From a virus (Duplodnaviria; Caudoviricetes), in IMG/VR virus record IMGVR_UViG_3300037991_001277, positions 1 to 64,000 of that record: DNA of 64,000 nt. One strand, given 5' to 3'. The position numbers and the translations under genes were made by a program. This document shows positions 59,401 through 64,000 of the stretch, piece after piece. Position 1 is the stretch's first letter, and every line of letters begins with the position of its first letter. The notes under the pieces are model-generated. The model was not told the origin of the DNA and did no database searches. It worked only from the letters and a program-made list of their open reading frames with translations.

Positions 59401-62400
59401 ATTCCGTGGTGGAGTATTATGCACCAAGGTACTCCATCTGACGCATCTGCTGTTGGTTTCAGGCATCTTGCCTTGTATCGTATTGACAATTACTATCAGT
59501 TCTGTCGTGCAAGTTATGGAGCAATAGGTGCTCAATTGACACTGGCTGGTTATCCTAGCATATACCCTGATATTTACTCAAAGATAATGGAGAATGTCAG
59601 TCTTACTCCTACTTGTATAGTAGTAGGAAATCACAGTTCTTCTACTACTATACAAGTTGATGACTGTTCACTATTCCCTGAGATACCGTATTATGGTCAA
59701 AAATTACAGTATATCGACCCTGATACGGGGGAAACTGTATCTTTTGCTTACACAAAAAGACGGGGTACAACACACAGTTCAAGCAGTATGAATGAGCCTG
59801 ATATATTCCATCTACCTACAGGTGTCACATTAACAAGCGGTACTAAACTGACACTAAGCAAACCGTACTCTACAAAATCTGTTAATGACATTTTCAACAT
59901 AGATAGTGAAAGTGTAATGACAAAGAATCTAGGACAGTTACTAAATGGTACAAGAGATACAAACAGTCTTTTCCTAACCGATGCGTACCTATGTGCTTGG
60001 AGTCCTAATTTGGGTCGCCCTCATACTTTCTATTCCGATGCAAGTAGAACATGGATTACAAACGGTGTGAATCACACAGCAGATAGAGCAGTGAACAACG
60101 CAGCATACAACAGTATGCCACAGCATTTTGAGACAATACACTATCAGGATGTTAATTATACCGCAAGTCATGGGCCGTTTGCTTTGAAGATGAAAACACC
60201 AAAGCCTCCTCAACCACTTGCTGGAACTGTTCATGCTATTACTACCACTACTGTTACAGTGATAACAATGACCACGACTGTTAGTGGTGTATCTTCAAAT
60301 GATGTGCTATTCGCAAAAGGTAGAGTTATTGGTAGAGTAAACACTGTTAGTGGTGCTAATATTACGCTCCACACCAAAATATTTCAGAGCAGTAACTTGG
60401 TAACTGGAGATACTGTGTATGTAGGTGCTGATGGTTCAATTGATACCGCTGTAAATATAAACTCTATGACTGGTATTTCGTCTCAGGGTGGTGCAACTGC
60501 TATGCTCACTAACTTTTGGCCTTGCGGTAGTCGTGGTGGGGCATTGGTTAGTCGATTAGATGGCTACGCCATGTCAGCGGCAGCATGGCATTTACCGCAA
60601 AATTATGCACATGGGGCTGGCCTTCACTGGCGAGATGATGACGATAGTGGTAGTTATGCAGTTGCTAACGGTGTAAGCACTATATCAGCAACTGGTATTC
60701 GCACTTATCCATTTGGTTATCGCTTTGGATTAAGACAGGCTTGGAATAGACCTCAATGGGGTCATTATGGTATGCGTGCATTCCAAGAGCAAGCCACTCA
60801 TTCAGGAGCAAGTAACTTTGCAGTAGGCTACAAAGCAGGGCCACTGGTAGAATATGAAGCCATAACAAGTAACGGATGGCTTTACGCTGGTGGAGATACA
60901 ACGCAAAGCAATACTAACTTACCAACAACCTATGTTGGTATTATCGAGCGTAGCACTACAGCAGCGGGTATGTTGAATGCTGACAAGTACGAATGGCAAG
61001 TTCGTTACAGTGAAGGGCGAAGAATGACAAGAGGATTTGGTTGTGCTATTCGTACCATAAGAAATGCGAGCACTGTACTAAGAGATTGGTGGGGTGATTC
61101 AGCAGGTAAAGGCATGAGTCAATATAGACAAGCGGCTGCGTATTATCTGATTGATTGGTGGGGTAATACTCGTGGTGAAGATGTACGAAGATTCCCAGTT
61201 CGTAGTTTCGGTATTAACCCATCTTGGGATGCTGGAGATGCATACGAATATGATAGAGCCAATGGTCGTACACCATTTGAGCGAGTTTGGAATAACGGTA
61301 AGCCTATCTTTGACTTGAAGGGTATTGTCGATTTCACTAACGGTAATGTATTATCATCACCTACAGTTACTATTCCTAGATTCGGTGGTAGAAAGAACAC
61401 TGGTAACAATAATACAGACACTACCTTAGTCGATGTATTTGCTCCTACAAACGCTATGCGAGTAGGAGATATGGGTAATGGTCGTGGTGTACGATTCCCA
61501 ACTCAGTTTAACGAAGATAGATTGGTAGAACTCAGTGCCGTCTACGAAAACTCAGGTATAGTGTTATCAGGTAACACAGCAGAGCCTACATTTGGCGAAG
61601 GTCTAATTCGCCCAAGAAACGATGTACTGCAAGCAAGTGAAATTGTAAGAGGTATCAGTAGTAGACTAGAAGTAGACGAGGATGGTTTGTTAAAACCTGA
61701 AGCAACAGTGAGTGACAAGGTAGAGTCAATCAGTGGTACATCAGTACACAAAGATGCTATTTCTCGCTCTTCTCCAAGAATTGGTATAGATGGTGATACA
61801 ATAGAATCTTTCACTGGTAGTAATAGCAACATGATAGCCATTAACTCAGAGGCACATAGTCTACACACTAACAGAGGCGTGGGTCAAAGAGTTGTATTAC
61901 ATGGTGGTATGCAATCAGGTTCTCAAACGCTTGGTGACTATGACTTAACATCACTATCGTTTGCTGCTCAGCCTCATGGTGGTGTGATGAGATTTAGCCA
62001 CACTAGCAACTTTAAGCCGATGGGTGGAACTTACATCCTAGAGGCTCGCAGTTTCGCTAGTCCATTCGATGACACAGGATGGGGGCGCAGCGGTATGAGT
62101 GGTACTAAAACAAGCAATCCATACCAAACAACAAGTTCGATAGCAAACCCAACAAACAAGAGTGATGACGCTGTGCAGTTTATGCTTAGACCTATTCGAT
62201 TGCTTGACAATCAACACATAGCAGTATTTAGACCAGCATTGGCTCTACATAGCGGTAGTAAACAAAATGGTAGCACTGCATTTACTGCCACTGCTGGTGG
62301 TAAGTATGGGTTGTTTACCTACTCAACACCAAACGGTAGAGCGAGCAGTGGGTCATACATGCGTGCTACTAACCCTGACACATCAGCCCCGTATCAACCA

Positions 62401-62682
62401 GTGTACTTAGTTGAGTCTAGCAGTGACACTGTGCCAGTGTCAAAAGGCCCAAAGTTGCCGGGTACGGAGGTTACTGGCTTTGATAAAACGACATTGAAGA
62501 GTAGCGTTACTAGACTTATCATAAGTGAAAATACCCTACAGCATTTCAAGAGTGATGCTCCTAGAAGAACAGGCCAAGGTAAGGACTACACTGTTAAATC
62601 AAGGTTCAGTCAATCGCTGCATAGTAAAGGGCATAAAGAAGATGTATCATTCAACACATCAGACCACAGTGGTGATGCGTGA
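44476..62682 (+). CDS. Giant 6068-aa virion tail or adhesin protein with an N-terminal LamG/ConA-like domain
   Basis: Single 18.2-kb ORF; ALFFDGVSDSV, IEAWVIPD, YHIVA, EIYVNG, YIGGKGGEFRGVIEGIH are LamG hallmarks; T/S/G/N-rich beta modules. Confidence 0.8.
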   Translation: MPIMLQSNHALFFDGVSDSVIIPQGNFSKLGQDYDKETAITRRSSEEIVSHSSGRGIIADALGSGLAIEAWVIPDCGGVILMKDGQFRLSMGTVDTPGPIEFEANLTSSSIGDFKVLLRSAQPETNGYDGHVYPVTTFGGLDDSYNRFDSGKDKATSLSKNQRPLYHIVACINQSNAEIYVNGDLVANQNIPVGSALKSKNSHVYIGGKGGEFRGVIEGIHVSSSFSNEMTTRNPSMVSEKTISLFRFEEPISPLDTVYTISSIDSTYSDSGGGTPFTENDLTAITIPTADAQSLANALTGKTITDTYVDFTISPYSTGDYSVIDRYSTPGTTTNHLVPHVPYNLLINPGSINQNSKKPNGKPPERVRLHRINISSGELLVSSIHLDFKNTTNTNGLRPILHSTHTSANGANSFVVISADCLIENGTGRPYQPPHLATQLIDRAGQMLIDEGEYEQHAMVYSSRMSTTAVDTDNPFAVAWPTDLDESFQIGHSGRHILNHIEGHSYLRMMPRANEENLDQQAGNSDILTLMYDAATKGIDKMFPINSQVDYYKDTAAFEIKTVVNSSAPHEVVSNGLAGANRTLIAIGGSKTGARNFNPLPFVLKGPVPSDLDNIDSNVRKFHLHPSRNSRVALLHVPTLASRGLAPYVEVHYNAIDFTGASMNKTAPMLMVEKTVPASNYEVASGVYVYDDIATDVAAGTATLYSPGGYIDVGKSKEGNLGSINFSHSLVGDNSEGFEADVELDERLTPANFTATTTNGNTTPQSLTASHTTKAQHDSVFHRILIERVQNADALEITSEFNRMTPHTVHGSPSAGQFDIGVTSSASAIHEMFDIIDNVEITTLVGVTHRFFIQPSDRTRTNQLQYIYSTGDRPDSSNIAVVMFLMGRSKLRGVEQIEGDEGRFTVVNCVGLSDVAATRSINELGSGSPDSHVVKEIDPNAPVVSVTLGGVGQGAYDTKPSFDRSTLAHLPYSSRRGFSCLATKVRVDLSSSNETQFIEVSPLNNESPDLASWGTYPFPKVGRIYLKNGANAEYQSKNGSCFLFTDSTIATRRFLLPNGNAVATFQDWVVGSGLRKDAGTLTGTQSQDFPLGEIIMGDGHFFVENLQSDGTTVNDRMFQSMDNISHDYQLGTQFASTRALVEIPLFRGQFFVDRFRNSYPSPDNSLKLHIDPTMTAHTWNPSPVGRRYQDMPPSDRSAYGAFAKSILSNQRNNQSNITNFEILTSTYRIYVSNPKMYPAGDTSSNKYFNVDDVLLYRRVFLPSGEWAIYSNNPAADGYIEIVKEESYVSEAFVGEVVIGLPLLMGNAYDSQVLVPLKGDSLNAAADFENRGEHYYDAASVKTQGGNIDYGLRQYVSAVEFKAGPLSNPHAAKIQSKRAAGTILSVEPIMNGSVYTGFAHLIMSQEDVDKFPTIERQPNAINADYEWEMGQAHYSLEIGANTFVYFGEGNKNKSTLVTSGTTPTDSLDTLSSIIVMTKENNSIPSYLDNDTLKGEVATLTKYGYDVFFSSDKYNTLLDNTVNMSHTGRPLHYSAPWEVTGLGGSDDELGLAIGKSEILQSNTFHLNVQHEDWLYAEHHKDGEVVKVTLLGQVDYIDESIIVHNPVTLPQAAGIVHLKSAVPTANKTSLNAMIGAAALSATEFVYLRTGCHSMMVNDEEACLNRTWLFPYAQGGLRRGDTIWMNMTYNNPHAVQGMFAKSRGVLNEALVWKGFNGGLGLMAAEPRDSIPLENFLIGDSCIDTARNFVQHVNKTIELNYTNLGIGNPPTVAYLDPYLATEGHARVLLYDVAHDREFIAFQDIHMQVQTSQKAAEIGFERLSTSQNVADGTDEVDLSFYSIKYNGGGQNPFITQVDVANGYPSQNKYIRAYQHSNFMESAYAHNIANSMASEMLDPVKGIVTRVAALRGQTAFNKQNGTGYPSGTTTNVATTAINTTGTGLTVDITTTGGQITTIAVNNPGSGYLTSRSGGSGFESKVRISGGDNNAVFKVFTTNTSLINTLTTMTQSMIYGKAHGHFVHTGFHTGGPLARERTLGDSITSRTNNATVTIYHANKEHKKTRKLFSSNDILVKALMQHRIKKGKTLTLKAGGSTYNNGTFFNVRTTSDGKGKGMTVDVTISSNAVATATVRRHGNSLYKDGDTIFIEDRRVNDLPSAAPPVVAGDGKGSFTLNLNNTNDETSTLFDTPDGTRVIPAFLALKGIRSEALDLSNMNETRLQHLPQWTQMDFTRRMTIDLGEVAVKDGITNVEAAATEVVRMINQAAAKKGRTHSDNNNKQYPVKVAGEADFATTGSTHDPAVWWDEDKAFESHDKGTHMGYIRAHLGRVVKNIDGSEEGFSIIIHSTVPGATGRNFCVWLDNSKGQIPYRPEFMIGHGGRFRTFWCMPDEISGENMHPAPMPLNKHGRPFAPITSLRQYTQPDESMQAVASKGEFSNNHDETTTPKLRAVSAYSGSGQNHNTLNTESVEIEGFNTSFTEGLRVGTNAVARVNFGGLVAAGIPGFAPDAGKWGFGRKGDNRFANDYGLLTTVSNTDPASTYTGHVPTPDTFPENIGDTNLYGLRLQDHRGVSHGLRYIYKNMDDEFALDNTILPKTLDNEVAIYFNHKDCSQGGFTIGRHMHGISDPTGRFPAIPDNANLANWRGNYWRGTPAPNASYNTNVVYSAANQTITVTLYAPYDACDHHDILGYMGFPAENGVIHLSDPFNHMGIATITAGGSGYTANQTGADAIGVGGSGDGMTLSINTNSSNAVTSVTITSLGEGGYINGDTISVSGIGGTNAQFTLGESINGNWGNMFSYTHRTRNDKTGTHVFHGVVGDTYVSRHKHHSSSTISAPVFEAGDYVVGETTESTSALITPVANWTTLITDELMAAVTAFAINLDNPNKQEGHFFDCTEMYAADGRTFAEWGITEESIKIKAYNTKNDIEPISNFFTASLSQDIGIRASHIEYGEVESLKLDDEGVSIGGTGDRPVTNDLIDNGRSVNCGYIPSTVLQITTSGRGHNANTPTPNIVDSQNNPIDTNTWRKNLIGENFIESSGDLILPNIDNPTLKMSAIGHSGGALLLHSDNAMWHFAKPSGEESNVNHVFNGSSNDLTRVNSFGTQTPISYGKHTAITESQGTSLAAAESTFKAISDENLRSEDWPSSNPSGTIVIQKYNDTRRAFLFAGKRSLGSVHSIPIIRFTGARDSPDNYVPLFFGGGFSGATIDINDGTQNDYSEHNTHPYANGPTGSSGIQNANEILSSFSTIDCNAIMAFFPATALLKQHRGSINPPVYNKDSILSQDLKRGSHTPSNIHPNAAPYTAGVHMQVPSPMVLRFAHPTARYQDHRDGTENKTTFIIFGPGQAFPLTQESASPNNNFEPHPGHAISTGNGWSRVPNMSSGAGGRAFLPNHIHNSNGDYMPERAATQLNKRRFHYRQVLNWESPLGIADNVFLRERPESGRNYGNSFTAAAFKQYNSFGNFTDNVALAYSVAQPSRHAMFYGHGMVKNADLCWHMDNGNHPGGSWMDNQITMNPPREADDARIPAQTTTTQINKTAFRVAGTLATKMLYSNGNSSSPAFAAETLDADDVDHDYIVVDATRCQNSEELACVLGAAINTFPGKGALKAIGGTFMPSMGNSTKQDRYGWIEAESTVIPAGVYGGGAGGVTPHSSVSGLGYSNNVISNEPMTRQILTTSTFTGNITSGDPVIAVTGTFPPNMQAGQTVTGLGIQANTVVVSFTSNTITVSPNPNATNSGVTITHTHNTLGNTASLASNLKAGDCFIDLRIVGYSITDAQSVVNRIPASGWLRTEANTDYGGVVSSSVKTAAWACYHSRATYRDGSDLFCRFFLSNNKITGLKAFEDGEAWRIYANTTTPFNSQNGSNVGGVSLPHPAPTNGTKVWIWSKSSTLGVDNSTNFQRYLEKGIGAVHFSGIVDAIDRTKPVGVVGWHGERYSYLNTLPVDGGYSAGLGAWHSMLGFSPYGAASSCATILGHLPHTTPLPNSPESMPPTDVPGRSLDNFPSDGDTESDQVSFSVDDPVAFGTYVVGWADGAQFNNPPVMRTMPELQKELVHPQGTYARALLVVAHEGELSLVARKDRDSYTTTGDYLLAGGTTQWDERFHNADRFIAPANAGPNVEALIVDGTAPPTIADYTATSALDDAPFNAQFYLHGSISADTSLLNAQPCFAETGDLFFDIDKNVGIINHEEDIAERNLATDFITANTNPSAILVHNVGTNQSPVFWAGDVNAYDVLKRSPHKNFSTEHIVWKRMDGGTVTMPASNARGLGAVPWITRVKNAVVGGAAGTAHQMGEKLYGNIRFSFETTNSAMMPVLQAQEIAHPTLAKEHPIALGGILEIPNEEIQFEDITVVDDTGQVHTLEGGSPLGIVIRAYKPTSTRLASGLQPVPANSGIAPNFEIQLPDPESIPGNILVRSGFDPIQAYQTETVGDGGMIHPDLGASHIGHLFDNVVKSPRKGPTMNEVGWEHISQGENFPESTRDGWVEATRNNSLRSSYEQQDRALYFHITKMGHSHTEKFPVTYTHAAGVVNQDLTVNSFASPVLTASATITPSIFDAGFGTKEVADNRRFIRITNPAGESVVASYASIGTGGEANQFKGVVGDIDFDQFLVDNPPATTTLTITPSYYIPAGSTRIFAARRLRDHAEVSGNSPDMAHTLYFDGDSQTTIHSRYSKPQLTPMPIPRMGHHFVNATMPMMPGHWAHPSYAGLYDRANSDRLAALGDEDYTSLAENLVEVDGTTNNQTSIPTAVKERIFPLNPALRVGSLTANPSGPSDIHGGAFTLMFETKIKYDGYGILASKGTAGDMNKAGGHSIVLEAGGNYTQTNHFPDPAEVGAYQIVIQPNLRSQQITGFHRNNADSTGLPTAGTELSSLTSQQVALVIGIRYDEGRHATLTNSANIGGLTLILSEATLADVRGCEIFLNEVILDHDPDHGSQFTNIPPMLLYNPLGVQGSESPHFTRRGHPYHPTTSEVSFKDATPGFTTNIPWWSIMHQGTPSDASAVGFRHLALYRIDNYYQFCRASYGAIGAQLTLAGYPSIYPDIYSKIMENVSLTPTCIVVGNHSSSTTIQVDDCSLFPEIPYYGQKLQYIDPDTGETVSFAYTKRRGTTHSSSSMNEPDIFHLPTGVTLTSGTKLTLSKPYSTKSVNDIFNIDSESVMTKNLGQLLNGTRDTNSLFLTDAYLCAWSPNLGRPHTFYSDASRTWITNGVNHTADRAVNNAAYNSMPQHFETIHYQDVNYTASHGPFALKMKTPKPPQPLAGTVHAITTTTVTVITMTTTVSGVSSNDVLFAKGRVIGRVNTVSGANITLHTKIFQSSNLVTGDTVYVGADGSIDTAVNINSMTGISSQGGATAMLTNFWPCGSRGGALVSRLDGYAMSAAAWHLPQNYAHGAGLHWRDDDDSGSYAVANGVSTISATGIRTYPFGYRFGLRQAWNRPQWGHYGMRAFQEQATHSGASNFAVGYKAGPLVEYEAITSNGWLYAGGDTTQSNTNLPTTYVGIIERSTTAAGMLNADKYEWQVRYSEGRRMTRGFGCAIRTIRNASTVLRDWWGDSAGKGMSQYRQAAAYYLIDWWGNTRGEDVRRFPVRSFGINPSWDAGDAYEYDRANGRTPFERVWNNGKPIFDLKGIVDFTNGNVLSSPTVTIPRFGGRKNTGNNNTDTTLVDVFAPTNAMRVGDMGNGRGVRFPTQFNEDRLVELSAVYENSGIVLSGNTAEPTFGEGLIRPRNDVLQASEIVRGISSRLEVDEDGLLKPEATVSDKVESISGTSVHKDAISRSSPRIGIDGDTIESFTGSNSNMIAINSEAHSLHTNRGVGQRVVLHGGMQSGSQTLGDYDLTSLSFAAQPHGGVMRFSHTSNFKPMGGTYILEARSFASPFDDTGWGRSGMSGTKTSNPYQTTSSIANPTNKSDDAVQFMLRPIRLLDNQHIAVFRPALALHSGSKQNGSTAFTATAGGKYGLFTYSTPNGRASSGSYMRATNPDTSAPYQPVYLVESSSDTVPVSKGPKLPGTEVTGFDKTTLKSSVTRLIISENTLQHFKSDAPRRTGQGKDYTVKSRFSQSLHSKGHKEDVSFNTSDHSGDA

Positions 62683-64000
62683 TGGGTTTACTCAAGGACA
62701 AGCGAGCAACAGCAGATACAGATGCTGTAATGAAAGCGGTTCGTAAACCAAAGTTTGTGGATAATGCTCTACATCTTGGTGAGTATACTCCACAGAGAAA
62801 CTTGGAGAAGAAAGTCACAGTAAAGCAGCGCAAGACTGCTAACTATGGTATCGCTACTCCGCATACTTACACCTTGACCGAACTGCAAGATTCTGTAATT
62901 CTGAAACATACAGGTACACATGGTAGAAACTACGAAGGAGCAATTGTTTACTTAGATTCATCAATCACCAGTGACACTGACAAAAACAAACCAGTGCTGC
63001 TTTATGGTAAAGATGCTGAGCATGAGAGACTACGAACATCTTCAGTAATTTCTAGCGGCACTGGTACTACATTCGCTGTTAGAAACACCAAGGGTAAAAC
63101 ACTGGAGTCGCTTGGATTTGCAGGTAGGCAAGCGCACTTCGGACAGCCTGTTGATGCTGGTTTAAGAACCACAGACTTGGCAGTACGCATTAGTAGAGAT
63201 ATTGCTGACTCTCTTACATCTGTGAACATAGCACTACCTATGAGTCCAAGTAACTCTGAGGTAGATAGAAGGGCGCACAGTAATAGTTTCCTTGGTGTAG
63301 ATTTCCACGGAATAACACTTGTAGATGCTATGCGATTTATTAGCCGACATGATGGTAGAGTTATCCACTTTGACAGGTTTGGTAACTTGCTTTATGTTCC
63401 ATTCCAATTTGAAGAAAAGAGTAGATTCATAGACGCTAACGCTCGTACTGGCCCTGCTATCAACAACCCAGTTGAGAACATATCAAATCGAGTTATTGTA
63501 GAAGGCGTGGCTACGGCTGTAAACGATACTGCTTATGCAGAGGTAAACAATTCAGAAAAGCAGTCAGGTCGTGCCGGAGAGGTATTAGAAGAACCGCAAG
63601 TTGTCGGTGATTTTACTGTACGCAGTAATGAGCAAGCAAGAGAAGTAGGGCGTAACATACTCAAAGCCAACTCAGTCATGCTTGGTAATTTAACAAGTGC
63701 TGGTCACCCTAACTCTTGGGATTTAAGACCGGGTATGACTATTGAGTACGATGGTCAGAGAAAGATATTGGTAGAGGTTAGACACAAACTCGCTAGTAAT
63801 ACTGCTGACCTTGTATTCTTGAGTGTAGAAAGTGGTGTAGAAGGTGTACTACAAGGATTGCTTGAAGGTACTAAAAACACAGGCGACCTAGAAGATTCAA
63901 TCGAGCAGATTGTTGAGAAGAATATGGCTTTATTCGGTGACTTAGAAATCATATCAGTTGTTATCACAGAGGTAGTAGGCCACGGTGTATCAGGCGATGG
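62682..64000 (+). CDS. Baseplate-hub-like tail protein, truncated by the window end and absent from the ORF track
   Basis: ATG overlaps the giant gene's stop, GGTGA upstream; MGLLKDKRATAD...; GITLVDAMRFISRHDGRVIHFDRFGNLLY, NRVIVEG and WDLRPGMTIEY are hub-like; reads open to the end. Confidence 0.65.
   Translation, partial: MGLLKDKRATADTDAVMKAVRKPKFVDNALHLGEYTPQRNLEKKVTVKQRKTANYGIATPHTYTLTELQDSVILKHTGTHGRNYEGAIVYLDSSITSDTDKNKPVLLYGKDAEHERLRTSSVISSGTGTTFAVRNTKGKTLESLGFAGRQAHFGQPVDAGLRTTDLAVRISRDIADSLTSVNIALPMSPSNSEVDRRAHSNSFLGVDFHGITLVDAMRFISRHDGRVIHFDRFGNLLYVPFQFEEKSRFIDANARTGPAINNPVENISNRVIVEGVATAVNDTAYAEVNNSEKQSGRAGEVLEEPQVVGDFTVRSNEQAREVGRNILKANSVMLGNLTSAGHPNSWDLRPGMTIEYDGQRKILVEVRHKLASNTADLVFLSVESGVEGVLQGLLEGTKNTGDLEDSIEQIVEKNMALFGDLEIISVVITEVVGHGVSGD

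Noticed and set aside
571-63967. Numerous short minus-strand and alternate-frame ORFs in the track (e.g. 3144..3449, 18784..19227, 25483..26019, 42076..42654, 50742..51098)
   Set aside because: They lie wholly within long + strand genes that have coherent motifs and RBSs, and they show no recognisable motifs; treated as shadow ORFs. Only 12144..12428 was kept.
1-64000. tRNA, rRNA, integrase, reverse transcriptase/DGR, tail sheath or alternative genetic code
   Set aside because: None recognised by eye. Intergenic gaps are too short for most RNA genes, and genes read through fully in the standard code. A tRNAscan or Infernal run would still be needed to exclude small RNAs in 1-472.

Overview
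The window is a gene-dense, almost entirely + strand segment of a large tailed dsDNA virus (Caudoviricetes, HK97-type head, probably a non-contractile tail). Overlapping ATGA/GTGA junctions, GGTGA/GAGG ribosome-binding sites, TATA-like boxes and the gene repertoire point to an archaeal host. It resembles viruses of marine Euryarchaeota (Poseidoniales, 'magrovirus'-like), but that host call is inference. From left to right: (1) a GC-rich non-coding end with GTTACGC repeats and A-tracts; (2) a ~7.9 kb cluster of modular proteins whose unrelated domains each follow a recurring [ST/G]EPM-x-x-A-[WFY]-x-L-L-K tag; (3) a membrane-protein plus Arf/Rab-like small GTPase operon; (4) a probable TerS, more tagged polyproteins, TerL, an HMG-CoA lyase, a LAGLIDADG protein and a portal with Zn ribbons; (5) scaffold-like genes, an 1825-aa protein ending in an apparently dead ATP-dependent ligase fold, the prohead protease-scaffold and the major capsid protein; (6) neck and tail genes, a tape measure, a 6068-aa giant tail/adhesin protein and a truncated baseplate-hub-like gene. 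The two best candidates for undescribed systems are a putative capsid-targeting/protease-cleavage tag that builds shufflable cargo polyproteins, and the viral small-GTPase membrane module. All calls come from reading motifs by eye; no searches were run.
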